A stretch of 64,000 bases of DNA from Octopus vulgaris (taxonomy: Eukaryota), in contig OX597816.1 of NCBI GenBank assembly GCA_951406725.2, forward strand, positions 56,978,001 to 57,042,000, written 5' to 3'. How positions within the stretch are numbered: the first letter of the stretch is position 1; the number at the start of each line of letters is the position of its first letter. Under the pieces are notes generated by a model. The model was not told the DNA's origin. It ran no database searches and worked only from the letters and a program-made list of their open reading frames with translations. Of the stretch, positions 39,937 to 53,551 are shown one piece after another. Both the position numbers and the translations under genes were made by a program.

Positions 39937-40324
39937 GGTGGAAGCACTCCGTCGGTTACGACGACGAGGGTTCCGGTTGATCCGAATCAACGGAACAGCC
40001 TGCTCGTGAAATTAACGTGTAAGTGGCTGAGCACCCCACAGACACGTGTACCCTTAACGTAGTTCTCGGGGATATTCAGCGTGACACAGAGAGTGACAAG
40101 GCCGGCCCTTTGAAATGCAGGTACAACAGAAACAGGAAGTAAGAGTGAGAGAGAAAGTTGTAGTGAAAGAGTACAGCAGGGATCACCGCCATCCCCTGCC
40201 GGAGCCACGTGGAGCTTTTAGGTGTTTTCGCTCAATAAACACTCACAACGCCCGGTCTGGGAATCGAAACCGCGATCCTACGACCATGAGTCCGCTGCCC
40301 TAACCACTGGGCCATTGCGCCTCC
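39937..40324 (-). mobile_element. Full-length SINE family C with 13-bp target-site duplication
   Basis: tRNA head (tggcccagtggttagg; gtttcgattcc); TSD agacaactgttgt at 39924-39936 and 40325-40337. Confidence 0.92.
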
Positions 40325-40794
40325 AGACAACTGTTGTAGGGAATCAGTAATAACAGTACACCTCTTCCATGCGACGAATGAAATAACCTAGTTATGACAA
40401 GTGAAGAGAAGTACGTGGAGCACCGGAGTACGTAGTAGACGGTCAGAGATAGTTGTGGCTTTACTGGTTTTACTAAACATACTGTATACCAAAGTGGGCG
40501 TTATAAAAATCCGACATTAAAAGGTCTGTAAGAAGAAGGATGCTATTGAATAAGTGAAGTACTCTTAAGCCGTGATGAGTGTTTATGTGAGTCCACTCTT
40601 GTATAGACACTCGTTACTCGGTAGCATAAAGCAAGACTTCGTTTTTCTATAATGCTACTATAGTTAATGCATTTGGTAAGTGAATAATTTCGGAATGTGC
40701 AGCTGATATGGTTATGCTCCAATACGAGTGTTGAGTCCGCTGTGCACATTGAAATTGCCTCATATCAAAATGGTACCATGAGCTAAATTATATT

Positions 40795-41197
40795 ATATTC
40801 TTTTCTACTCTAAGCGCAAGGCCCGAAATTTTGGGGGAGGGGGCCAGTCGATGAGATTGACCCCAGTATGCAACTGGTACTTAATCTACCGACGCCGAAA
40901 GAATCAAAGACAAAGTCGACCTCGGTGGAATTTGAACTCAGAACGTAAAGACAGATGAAATACCTATTTCTTTACTACCCACAAGGGGCTAAACACAGAG
41001 AGGACAAACAAGGACAGACAAACGGATTAAGTCGATTACATCGACCCCAGTGCGTAACTGGTACTTAATTTATCGACCCCGAAAGGATGAAAGGCAAAGT
41101 CGACCACGGCGGAATTTGAACTCAGAACGTAACGACAGACGAAATACGGCTACGCATTTCGCCCGGCGTGCTAACGTTTCTGCCAGCTCGCCGCCTT
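40795..41197 (-). mobile_element. SINE family B, dimeric form
   Basis: Same structure as 7345-7738. Confidence 0.9.
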
Positions 41198-41278
41198 AGT
41201 TAACTTACATATTGAATGGTAAAAATTTAATTAGCAGTTCTGAAAGTAATTTGGAATTATTTAAAAATAAATTTTTAT

Positions 41279-41470
41279 AGGCGCGGGTATTGGTGTGTAT
41301 GGCATGAAGAAGCTTACTTTTCAACCACATAGTTCCGGGTTCAATCCCACTGCGTGGCATCTTGGGCAAGTGTCTTATACTATAGCCTCGGGCCCACCAA
41401 AGCCTTCTGAGTGGATTTGGTAGATGGAAACTGAAAGAAGCAGCCGTCTATGTGTGTGTGTGTGTGTGTG
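41279..41470 (+). mobile_element. SINE A head half
   Basis: Matches family A. Confidence 0.85.
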
Positions 41471-41811
41471 CACTAGGATGACAAAGATACTCTCTAATCA
41501 GAAGTGGGCTTTTTAAGTAGAATTTACCTGCTGGTATTGATGCTGTTTACTAAGTGTATCGATATCTGCAGGAACGATAGGTAAACATCGATCTTAAAGT
41601 CGTCCTTTGAATGGCGAATTTTGATTTTTTTAAAGCCTTGTTATAGATAGTGTTTCACAGTTAGGTTGGTTCTTTCTCCACCTGGGTTGTTTTATCAAGA
41701 AACATTCGGTTGGTTGCACACAAAACTGAACGAAACACTTCCTTCGTCTGCGGTGAAAGAAAAATAACAAAAGAAGATGGAGGGAGATAAGGGTGGGATG
41801 GAGGAAATACC

Positions 41812-41930
41812 GAAGAAGAAGAAGAAGAAGAAGAAGAAGAAGAAGAAGAAGAAGAAGAAGAAGAAGAAGAAGAAGAAGAAGAAGAAGAAGAAGAAGAAGA
41901 ACAAGAACAAGAACAAGAACAATAACAACA
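41812..41930. repeat. (GAA)n trinucleotide repeat grading into (GAACAA)n
   Basis: Direct reading. Confidence 0.95.
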
Positions 41931-42069
41931 AAACAATGAAAAACAACGAAAAATAAATATAAAAAGAAGTAAGAAAAACAGAGAGAAAAATAAAGGAAAT
42001 CAGAGGAAATGAAAGAAATGGAATGATAGAGGTGTGTTGAAGGATTAAGAGGCTTTCATCTTCTGTTGT

Positions 42070-42123
<54 letters not shown>

Positions 42124-42809
42124 TCTTTCTTTCCTCCCACTTCACACCCCACATCTCCTTGTTAGTCCTCTCAAATCTCCATACATGCCTGAGTGAATTC
42201 AGTTCTACGGTTGACTTACACCGAGACTTGTAAAACTAAATAGGAGCTACTTAAGAAATAACAAAAATTGGAAGGCTAAAAAACAAAAACCAAAAAAAAA
42301 AAACTCAAAGCAACCGAGAGGTTTCCTACAAAAACACCCGAAACACCTTCGCCCGGTCACGTATTTTGTGAGTATATATTTAGAAGTTTGTTTCATTATT
42401 TGTTTGCTTTTTTTTTTGCTTTTTTACTTCTTATTCGAATTCTGAAAAAAATTACCTTTTATCCATCAGAAGAATTATATAAGGAAAATGTATATTAATT
42501 GGTAAAGTCAAAACTATTGAAAAGGTTGCAAGACGCAACGAAAGTTTTAGAAAACTAAAGAAGGAAATAAGTGGAAATTTAACCGGTGAGTGTGTTAAAT
42601 TATAAGACATTAAAAGAGAATGACTCTCCCCAGAGACAACAGTATATGCTTCAACACAAGAACTCACATAAAGAATCTTGCAAACCAAATCTCAAAATGA
42701 TATATATATATACATATATATATATGATAAAACTTACTTGGAAATGGATGCCTGGCGTTCGATCATATAATATAAATAATATATATGTATACATATATAT
42801 CATATTTTT

Positions 42810-43435
42810 TTTATTATGGCCGTCCACTCGTGACCGAAGAAGACCATTGCCGACCTTCAGGAACATTGTGCACTCTAGGACTAACTTATATTTTACATTT
42901 GCGGCTCCGTTGGTGGCTAATGAGCCCTGCTCTTGACAAGCATACACGACTGCAAACATTGCAGACCAAGCTTTCCCCATTCACTATACGAGCCGTGCGC
43001 TTTCGTGTAGCTCGCTTAAGTTCTTCATGCTGGATACGTGCTCTCTCAAAAGTGTCGATCCCCTCCTTAACCTGCTTCCTCCATCTGTGGCGATGACAGG
43101 CATTGTTCTCCCAGTCAGTGTCTTGCATATCACAGGCCTTTAATGAGGACTTGACACAGTCCTTAAATCGCAGCCTTGGTTTCTGTCGGAGTCTCCTTCC
43201 ATTCACAAGTTCTCCATAGAGCATCTGCTTAGGAATCCTTCTATCCTTCATTCTAATGAGTCGTCCAGTCCAACGCAACCGGTGCTTGTGCACCATCGCC
43301 TCAATACTCAAGATATCAGCTGTCCTCAGAATTTTTGAGGTCCAGCCAATATTTAGAATGTGTCTGAGACATTTCTGATGAAAACGTTCAAGGACCCTTA
43401 CCTGACGTTTGTACAGAGTCCATGTCTCATATGAG
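42810..43435 (-). mobile_element. RTE LINE 3' fragment
   Basis: ETWTLYKRQVRVLERFHQKCLRHIL..RLRWTGRLIRM..RIPKQMLYGEL..CNVCSRVCLSRAGLISHQR. Confidence 0.9.
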
Positions 43436-43498
43436 TAATACATATACGTATATACCTACATATATATATGTGTGTGTGTATATACATGCATATATGTG

Positions 43499-43839
43499 TA
43501 CAGGACGTCAAAAAAAAACGTGAACAAAATTAAAAAAGAGAAGATAAAAAGACAAAAACCTGGAAAACGAACTTTTTTTTTAACAAACGAGACAGGCAAT
43601 ATAAAGAACAATCCCTTCATCAGTTGTCACCTGTTTTATCTACTCCGCATTTCGGTCGTTGGGACAAGATGCGACTTCGTTAAAAGAGGAGACAACTGAT
43701 GAAGAGATTGTTCTTTATGTTGCCTGTCTCGTTTCTTTATTGTTTCTTTGGTTTTTCTGAAAAAAGGTCGTTTTCCATGTTTTTGTTTCTTTTATGTTCT
43801 CGTTTTTCATTTTGTTCACGTTTTGTTTTATGTCCTGTA
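43499..43839. repeat. Imperfect fold-back element, about 130-150-bp arms and a 62-nt loop
   Basis: tacaggac...aaagaacaatcccttcatcagttgtc versus gacaactgatgaagagattgttcttt...gtcctgta. Confidence 0.85.
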
Positions 43840-43858
43840 ACCCACATATGCATGTGTG

Positions 43859-43914
<56 letters not shown>

Positions 43915-43916
43915 GA

Positions 43917-44075
43917 TGGGAAAGTTTACGAAAATAAACAAAAGACGAAGGCAGGTGGAGTACAAACAAACAAATGTATTAGTATAGCGCTCAGGAATAG
44001 AAATAGAAAAAGTCTTTTACGTTTCGAGCCTACGCTCTTCGACAGAAAGATACACAGAAAAAAACAAGGAGAGAA
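43917..44075 (-). mobile_element. PLE pseudo-LTR fragment with hammerhead-like motif at 44013-44050
   Basis: tcttt-CTGTCGA-a-GAGC gtag GCTC-GAAA-CG-TA-aaaga; same family as 4343-4495. Confidence 0.65.
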
Positions 44076-44247
44076 ATCCTATATTCTACCACTACCAACT
44101 GTTACCTTTCCTCGACGGACACTACTACCTCTCCATTGGATTTCTTTACCTCTAAGGATACCTACCCTCTGGCTGCACCTCTCCTACACGGATCAAAATG
44201 GCTTTGTTGTTATATATATATTATATATATTATATATATTATATAGG

Positions 44248-44345
<98 letters not shown>

Positions 44346-45089
44346 TAGCTATAGATATAGCTATAGATATAGCTATAGATATAGATAAATTAAATAGAGA
44401 GATACTATTGACAATCCAATAATTTATAATTGCATTCTACCCATATTTATATGGTATTCAGTGAATTGGATGTTTCACACAAGCCTTTGAAAGATCTCTT
44501 TTTCTCAATTTGTTACCTTATATATACAATGACATGTAACTGTAAGATCCAAAGATCTGGGTGTAGGAAGTTAGCATGCATCGAGCAGTCCGTAGTAGGT
44601 GTAAAATCAACTTTTGAGAACAATAATAGTTTATTGGATTCGAAGTTTACAGGTTTGTCCCATATCGAAGTTCGATAAACTGAACAAAGTTATTTGATAG
44701 TTCACGATTACCAACTAGGGTTGCTATGAATAAAAATAAAAATAAAAATTGAGCGAATGGAGCAGGTAAAATCCAGGCCACATATATTTCCTAGCTAGCA
44801 GAACCTCGGAAGTGGTAATTACACAACACGGAGTACTCCACTACCTACTCACCATGCCGAATATACCTTAGTTATATGAAAGCTACATTGTCGTTAAGGA
44901 ATCGGTCATAAGAAAACCGCTTATGGCAATGACTAAGGAAAATAGTCCTCGACTGAGGATAGACGACTCTGAATGACCCGTCCTTGTATACTTTGTATCG
45001 TCTATCTGGATGTTTTGTTGTCCCTTTTTTGTATCACCTAGCTGTCCGGATGTTTTGAGTTCTTGTCCCATTTTCATATTATATATATA

Positions 45090-45475
45090 CACTTTACTCT
45101 CTTTTACTCTTTTACTTGTTTCAGTCGTTTGACTGCGGCCATGCTGGAGCACCGCTTTTAGTCGAGCAAATCGACCCCAGGACTTATTCTTTGTAAGCCT
45201 AGTACTTATTCTATCGATCTCTTTTTGCCGAACTGCTAAGTTACGGGGATGTAAACACAAGCGATGTTGGGGGACACACATATATGTGTATATATATATA
45301 TATATATATACGACGGGCTTCTTTCAGTTTCCGTCAACCAAATCCACTCACAAGGCTTTGGTCGGCCCGAGGCTATAGTAGAAGACACTTGCCCAAGGTG
45401 CCATGTAGTGGGACTGAACCCAGATCCATGTGGCTGTTAAGCAAGCTACTTACCGCACAGCCACTCCCTGCACCT
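45090..45475 (-). mobile_element. Full-length SINE family A
   Basis: Head, internal (TA)n and tail ending in (gtaaaaga)n. Confidence 0.9.
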
Positions 45476-46709
45476 TATATATATATATATATATATATAT
45501 AGATATATAGATACACACATATCTATATATATATATATACACACATATCTATATATATATATGCACATATACGTATATGTATATGTGTATATATGTATAT
45601 CTATCTATTCCTTTTATATATATATATATGACTAGTTAGTATATTGAGTACAATGTATAGGTAGTAGGTAGTACAATGGATACGATGTGTACAATGTTCG
45701 TGTGTTAGTATCTTCTATTTACTTTTAATGAAGTATGTGTGAACGAACATAATGTAGTGAGTGTGAGATTGTTTTAATTAAAATTACGGCCGTAGTAGTG
45801 ATAATTAATCATTGACTAAATTAATAATTCTGATAAAGTATGTCAGGGAAAATTCATTACTAGTCTATAAAGGGCTATGCCCCTATCAATGTGTCATTCT
45901 TTTAAGGCTTTGATAGGTGGAAGATATAGTAGTTGCTCTTTCTAACACGTAGAAATACCACATATAGTTTTCTTTATTGGCTGCCGATGTTCTAAGCTTG
46001 CTGGGATGAAAGACAAAGTGTAATTTTAATTCCACAATGATATTCTGTACGCCTCTGGGGATATCTCAGAATCATAAAATATGGCGGCCTTTTGTCAACG
46101 AAACTGACTGGAGGTTAAAATATTGTTTAATCTGTTGTAAGTTGTTATTTAATTCAATTAAATCCCCTTAAACTGGTTATAACATAATGTTAACAATAAC
46201 ACACAAAATGAATAACCAATAAAAAATTAAACAAAATAATTACGGTTTTTAAGATAACAAAAGAAAGGGGACACAACCAGTATGTGTGTATCTAATGCGG
46301 GTATTTAACATTGAACAATTGAAGCAAGTGACACACAGCCTCAAAGAAAAAGTTTTCAAAACTTCACATTTTTTCCTCTTGTTTGCTTAGTTATAGGTTA
46401 ATTATTTTCAAATGTTAGTTAAAGACATTTGTAGTTAAATAAACAAATTTCCTTTCAAAATAAAATAGAAGACGACTGTATTTAACATTCTTCTGCTGTC
46501 TGGACTGGAAGATGGCCAGAAAGAAAATTGAATTTTTAATCTATTAATTCTCACCACATTAAGTATTTCTTTATGTCATAACCGTCTTGTTTGTTAAACC
46601 AGCGTTTCCTGTACCGAGGCTACCTTCGAGGGGTGGAAAGCCGTGAGGATTGAAAAGGCGCTACAAAGTGGTTACGTAAGAATATAGGAACTTCGAGAGA
46701 TATGAAACC

Positions 46710-47954
46710 ATCAGGCTGAGTAAAAAGTAAACAACGTTTTGAAACATGAAATTCATCGCAATATATCTCAACAATGCGGAAGTTTTATTCATCAAAGTAA
46801 GTACCATTACGATCAACAGATTTTTGCCAACGAGTTACAAGTTTGTTTATTCCGCTAACATAAAAATCTGGATTTCTGGAGCTGTTGCACTTTCAGCATC
46901 GGTTTGATTTTTGAACTCCTTCTCTCGCAGAAAAACGGTGCCTGAAAAAGTGGTAGTCGGTAAGAGAAAGGTCTTGGGAATAAGCTGAGTGGGGAAGAAC
47001 TTCGTAGCCAAGTTCCCTCAACTTCTGGAGCGTCATTAGTGAAAAGTGTGGTCGAGCATTGTCATGACCAGTCTGGGACGGAAGAGTACCAGCTTTTCGT
47101 TCATTTTGGCAATTTCGTGGCAATAGGTTTCTGCAGTAATGGTTGTTTCCAGGTTTTAGGAAGTTATAAATGATGAGTCTTGCAGTACACCACCAAACAG
47201 TCACAATAACCTTCTTTTTGAAGAGCTTGGTTTTAGGGAAAGTTTTCGGTGCTTCATTTTGGTTCAACCACTGCGAAGAACGTTTCTTATTATTGTACAG
47301 AATCCACTTTTCATTGCAAGTTACAATACGGTCAAGAAATGGATCGGTCTGGTTACAGAGAAGAAGCGACGAGCAAATTTCATTTCTACGCATTTTTTGA
47401 TTTTCATTCAAATCGTGTGGTACCGATTTATCGAGCTTTTCTTTTTATTTTCCGATCGCATGCAAATGGTTGTAGGAAGTTTTCTGGCTAACTTGGAGTT
47501 CTTTTGCCAGTTCTCGAGTGGTTTTACGTGGATCTTTCTCAATGAAGGCATTTAATTGACTGTCATCGATGACAGAAGGCCGCTCACGATCTTCAAGGGT
47601 CAGGTTTCCACTGCGAAATCGTTGAAACCATTTTTGAGCTGACCACTCACTGGTCATTTCCTCACCAAACATTTCGTTGATATCGCGAGCAGTTTCAGCT
47701 GCTTTACGTCCATTTTTTGCAGTTGAATTGCAAAATTTCTCGAATATCGCTCTTTGAGTGTTCCATCTCACATGATTGTAACAACGGTGAAAAAAATATC
47801 GTTGTTAATTTATTGATGCATTTGGGCAATTCTATATCTGTATTGTCAGAAAATTTTAAATAAAAAAACGTTTAAAAAAAATTCAAAACTCTGCAAAAAT
47901 CAGTACAAATTCTTCATCGTTCAAAACGTTGTTTACTTCTTACTGAACGTGATA
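46710..47954 (-). mobile_element. Near full-length mariner transposon, inactive
   Basis: TIRs (aagtaaacaacgttttgaa) at both ends; HTH (AAETARDI..KWFQRFRSG), TCNEKWILYNN, HDNARPH, YSQDLSLTDYHFF; frameshifts and an internal deletion. Confidence 0.93.
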
Positions 47955-48866
47955 CTTTTAATAGGGGAAGATTTATAGTTTTATCTACTTCGAGTTCCTG
48001 CCGATAAAAATAATTTACCTCATATTACTGTCATTTTTCTTCGTTATTTAGACATAAAGTAAAGAAAAAACATTATGAGGAAATACAGAATTTGAAGCAT
48101 AAAAAAGAAAAAAGATCAATAAAGACAAAAACAAGATAAAATAGCAAAAACAAAACCATCTACATCACAAAATGTCGAATGGTCAATACTACAACACCGC
48201 TAAATTAAATCCGACCAGACAAAACAACAACATCGCTAGCGCAATACACTATACACTCTCAAGATACCGCTTCTTCGCTCTCATCCAGACTGGTTAGTGG
48301 TCAGTCTTTATTTATATCTGATATCTATTTACAAACGATGGCTTAAGTTCATAAGAACAGCTTTGGCCTAAGGTCCAGTGCCATATTCGACATTGATATT
48401 GAAGAGATCATTAGGTCAACATTCGTCCCATTCTGGTGACGACAGGCTCGAACACTGAAACACCCGCATCTCTTTTTATTACAATCATACACATCGCTAC
48501 AGTAAAAAAAACGATATGTAAAATATTCACTACCTGAATATTTCATTCATTTTATTTTAAAAACAACAAATGATTACGGCGACAACACGAACACGACCAG
48601 CGCTAACAACTGTAACATCACTAGGTCTTAGTAAAACCAATCATGTTAAAATTTGAGGAAATGCCAATGTGGAAGTAACTAGTTGGAAGTACGACTCGAT
48701 GATACAGTTTCTTCAAGCGGAAGTAATCTAAAATATTCCATTTCCTGTCTAATTCTATGTCACTGGTTGACACTTTGCTGAAATTATTTTCAAATTCAAT
48801 CCAGCATCTTGAAATCCTACCACCACCACCACCACCACCACCACCACCACATAAACACATCGAAAC

Positions 48867-48909
<43 letters not shown>

Positions 48910-49054
48910 TTTGTGTGTATGTGACTTTCTGTGCGTGAGTATATATAGACAGATAGATTGATAGATGGGTAGATGAATGGATGGGTGGATAAATAGAGAC
49001 ATACATGCATACAGACAGACAGACAGTCAGAGAATCAGATAGATAGCTCGCGAC

Positions 49055-49119
<65 letters not shown>

Positions 49120-50084
49120 CTGAGAGGTTGTTAATGTAGCTATTTCTGTGTGTGTTCGTTTCGTCTGTTAAGTTGAAAGAGAGAGAGAGAGAGGAGGAGG
49201 AGGAGGAGAGAGAAAGAGAGAGAGACAGATAGAGAGAGAGAGAGAAATATTGTACTTTAAGAATTTCAAGCTGTAGTAGAATTGTGTAGACATGTCAGTT
49301 GATTGGGTGGGGATTGTGCATATAGCAATAGACACTTCGATATATGGAACTTACAGCAACAATATCCTTGTATCCGCATGCGTGTCCAGTTGGTCTTCCT
49401 TTAGTTTATTGCTTATATATGATGGATGTCAACTCATTAGACGAACATGACTATCATTGATGCCTCATCAATGCCCGTGCAATTGCTTTATGTCAAATGC
49501 AGCTTCCTCAACACCAAAAAAGCTTTCACTAGCAATACCAAAAAGCCCAGAGACAACCAAAGTTCAAAGTGTCTGACTCTGCTGAAAAAAAAAGCATATT
49601 TATCCTTTTCTATTCGATTTCAATAATAAACATTTTATTTTATTTATTATTTTTTGAAACTATAATATCAAATGCGAATGTGTATGAAATATCAAGGAAT
49701 GATGTGGATGGGAAATGCAAAAAAAAGAAAAAGTTTTCAAAACAGTCAATATTTTTGTAGTTCAAAAATTGCATTTTATGCCATAAAATGTCGTCTAGAA
49801 TTAGCCAGAGCTAATAATGACAGACTTTAACTTATAAATATTGTTAAGCACACCTCTGCAAAGGCAATGCACATAAGCAATTCACTTGAGATACAACGTT
49901 TAGAAAGACTTTTTAGCAGATCCCCAAATGGGGCTCATTGCAGGCAAAGGGTTAAGGACATGTTGATTGTTCTGTGTAGATGTTGATAACGTAGAACGTA
50001 ATTAAACCCCTTATTCGTAGCTCGGATGGGTCGTTTTTGTTTATGTTTTTTTGAAAATATCATTTAATATTTCTGTACAGGTTT

Positions 50085-50300
50085 AAGGCAACGAGCCGTA
50101 TTTAGCAAGCAGGGCAAAATGCTTAGCGGTATTTCATCAGTCTTTGTGTTCTGAGTTCAAATTCCAACGAAGTCGACTTTGCCTTTCATCCTTTCAGAAT
50201 CGATAAAATAAGTACCAGTTACACATTGGGGTTAGATGTAATCGACTTAACTACTCCCCCGAAATTGCTGGCCTTGTGCCAAAATTTGAAACCAATATTT
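50085..50300 (+). mobile_element. SINE family B
   Basis: Matches family B. Confidence 0.85.
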
Positions 50301-51369
50301 CTGTATAGGTTATGTGAGTAATATGGCGATATCTGTACTCCTTTGTACCAAGATGAATGGTATGCACAAAAGTCTGCTCCAGAAATGGTATCCAAATCTG
50401 ATAGAATTATATTTGAATTATTCTTCAAGATATTTCTTGAACAATGAAATTTCATAGATTATCTACTCTGGGATGTTTTAAATTTGAAACAGAATTTGAA
50501 TAATATTTAATTCTGAAGAATCAACCAATGAGGTCACGTCACTGAACTTTACTATTCTCTGAAGTGGATGACTATTCTTGGTATTTATTTTAGACGAACC
50601 AAATCCACGTACAATTAAAGAATTACTGCTGGATCATCAGTCTCATCTAATAACTCTGAGCTTCAAATATTAAGAGGAACCAACCGAATTTGGAATATTA
50701 GAGCCAGTGGAATTAAAATTCATTACTAAAATACTATTGATCTACTTAATTAGTGCATTTGATTAACGTTCTTTTGTATGATTGTACATAACTCTATATG
50801 CTCGTAAAAATTAAACATTCACAGGAAATAAAGGGAACTTCTTAGAAGCAAAGTAGAAAGATGATTAGCCTTTATCGATTTCAGGCACAAAGGGCAGCTA
50901 ACCAAATGGCAGGATGTATGTAGACTCACATTTCTTAACGGTATCCTTTTGAAGATGAACCGTAATGCCTGAAATATGCAAAAGTTACTCAGCTTTCCTC
51001 TTCGCATTGTAAGAAGTTTGACACTTTTTCATTTTGTTTGTTAGTCTACTTCTGTATCACAATGTTTCAAGCAACCCTTAACATTCTTTAAACATTCACT
51101 TTTTTTTTTCTTCTTTATATTCTTGTACACTTTTATTTCGTATCTCGTACAGAAGAGGAATCTCCAGTCATGTTGAGGGGGTTGATGGATCTGCTACAAA
51201 TAACAGCTGATTGTAGAACACATCACTTCCATCGTCCATAACAAAATAATAAATTAATTTGGAGCAGTTTGGGTGAAGCATTGTATGATATTAAATGAGA
51301 TAAAACTCATTAAAATGCCGAAACAATGCAAAATGTATGAACAACAGTTAATGTTTTACCTTGTATTTC

Positions 51370-51406
51370 TTTAACATTTCAGGATTAGAATCCTTTCATC
51401 GGGGCA
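51370..51406 (-). ncRNA. Decayed hammerhead-like motif
   Basis: CCGATGA-a-AGGAT tcta ATCCT-GAAA-TG-TT; helix I is poor. Confidence 0.35.
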
Positions 51407-51429
51407 AGTGGCGAACTGAGAGATGGTAT

Positions 51430-51790
51430 AGAGCTGTTATCTTTGCGCATATATGTGGAAGAGGGTGCGCCTGTAAAGGATAAGCGCGTCGTTCTCGGTG
51501 ACTCCAACGCCAGAGTTGGTACTGGCTACCAGACATAGCAGGTGGGAGCCATTGGAAGAAACGGAGTTGACAAAAGCAGCGCCAAAGGTCATCTGTTGCT
51601 TAAGATTTGTTCTGCGCATGACCAGTCGATCACCAACACACCATTTCGCCTGTCCAGCTGCAAAAGAAAGTCTTGGATGCATCCATACAGCAAACATCGG
51701 CATTTAATAGACTATCATGTCAGGAGTAGGGTAACAAGGCCATGTGTGACAGAATGCAAGGCGTGGGCAGTAACATGCAAAGACTGGTAT
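51430..51790 (+). pseudogene. RTE LINE AP-endonuclease fragment
   Basis: GDSNARVG..GAIGRNG..GHLLLKIC..ITNTPF..SWMHPYSKHRHLIDY. Confidence 0.8.
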
Positions 51791-52570
51791 TGTTACGGCA
51801 ACCCACCTGCCTCGTGTCTGTTGCTTGATAAAGATTTAAATTCATTCAGCCTCCTTGATTCTAAGATTAATAAATAAATAAAAATGGAACCACACATTCA
51901 AAAACGTAGTCCTTGTAAATAAGAAGGAACGGTCAAAGTTTGAAATCTCTTTGATATTTTGGTCAATTCTAACAAAAACTGACAAGGAAGATGCTAAAAC
52001 AGTAACTTCAGCGCCAAAGCTACAGAAAATACAAGATTAGAACCACTGAACCAGTTATGGCAATCTTACAAATGCCCACATACCATCCGTTTGGGTATGA
52101 TAGGGATGGGCGAGGTTATAGAAGTACATCCACACAGATGATGGAACCAAGATTTGAACGTAGAACAACTTCACTACAAAAGCAGTCTCTTCCTTATCTC
52201 TTCCTTCCTGAACTGCACTGCTTAGATTCTAAAAGAGATTAAACCACAATTTACCAAAATAGAACTGGAATAATTATGGTTCTGTCTGGTAATTATGGCA
52301 AAGAGAAATACTGATAAAAGACAGACAATGAATATGCATATATATATGCGAAGCTGTGCATATATGCATGTGTGCATTGCTATGTAAGTGTGTGTGCGTG
52401 TGTCTATGTGTGTGCGCGTGTATGTGTGTGTCTGAGTATCTCGAATATTTACGTCATTTCTGCATTTTATTTTATACATTCTTGCACCTCACACATTTCC
52501 TTCTTTCAAGACCTATGCCCCTCGCTCGCACACACAAATCTGTATATATATGTATGTATGTATATGTGTA

Positions 52571-52631
<61 letters not shown>

Positions 52632-52811
52632 ATATATATGTATGTGTGTGCGTGTATGTATGTATATATATATAATACATCCATATACATACATATGCTT
52701 ATCTATAAAAACATATGAATATACGTATATATATATATAAATGGTGAATGTACATAGATGTTCATATATATATGTGTATATGTATATATGCATGTATACA
52801 TGTGTATATCT

Positions 52812-52925
52812 AGTGCGCGTAAGTGCGTATGCGCGTAAGTGCGTATGCGCGTAAGTGCGTGTGCGCGTAAGTGCGTATGCGCGTAAGTGCGTATGCGCGT
52901 AAGTGCGTGTGCGCGTAAGTGCGTG
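52812..52925. repeat. 16-bp minisatellite (gtgcgtatgcgcgtaa), about 7 units
   Basis: Direct reading. Confidence 0.9.
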
Positions 52926-53447
52926 AGTGTGTGTTCATGCTCTCGCGTGTAAGTGGTGCTGAAAGCCCATACTTACGAAAGAAGCATACACTCACACATT
53001 CAAATTGATAAATCACATGAATAAAGGGAAACACAGCGTGTGATCTGCACATAGCACACACACACACACACAAGTACATATATTATACACATTAAAATAT
53101 GCGTGAGTAGATATGAGCGTCTACGCCTTCATATCTAGCAGAGAGAGAAATAAAAGAACCACTCGGTGACTAATTGTAAAGAACCATTTTTTCTTTTCTT
53201 TTTTTCTGTTATCTCCGCGTTTAATCTTAGTGTGAGTATGAAAATATGGAACTTTCTCAACCAGTGTTTTAGTTATTGCTAGCCAAGGGAGTAAAAGCTA
53301 TTGCCGTAGCCAAGATGGCGTGTAACCTGCCCGTCAAAAGTCTCTTTCTCTCTCTCACTCTCCCTCTATCTCTCACGCGCTCTCTCCCTCGATCACCATT
53401 ATTTCCCTCTCTCATTCACAATATCTACCTATCTTATCTATCTATCC

Positions 53448-53518
<71 letters not shown>

Positions 53519-53551
53519 CGTCCATCTATCTATCTATCCGTCCATCTATCT

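Noticed and set aside
40250-40324. Genuine tRNA genes at SINE heads (also 56131 and 38420)
   Set aside because: A and B boxes are present, but I could not close an acceptor stem or cloverleaf, and they continue into SINE bodies.
46893-47771. Domesticated SETMAR-like gene
   Set aside because: No SET domain, TIRs present, frameshifted; an ordinary dead mariner.
53276-53551. N-terminal part of the 403-aa ORF
   Set aside because: It is read-through of CT and TATC repeats; only the part from about 53552 is Tx1 ORF2.
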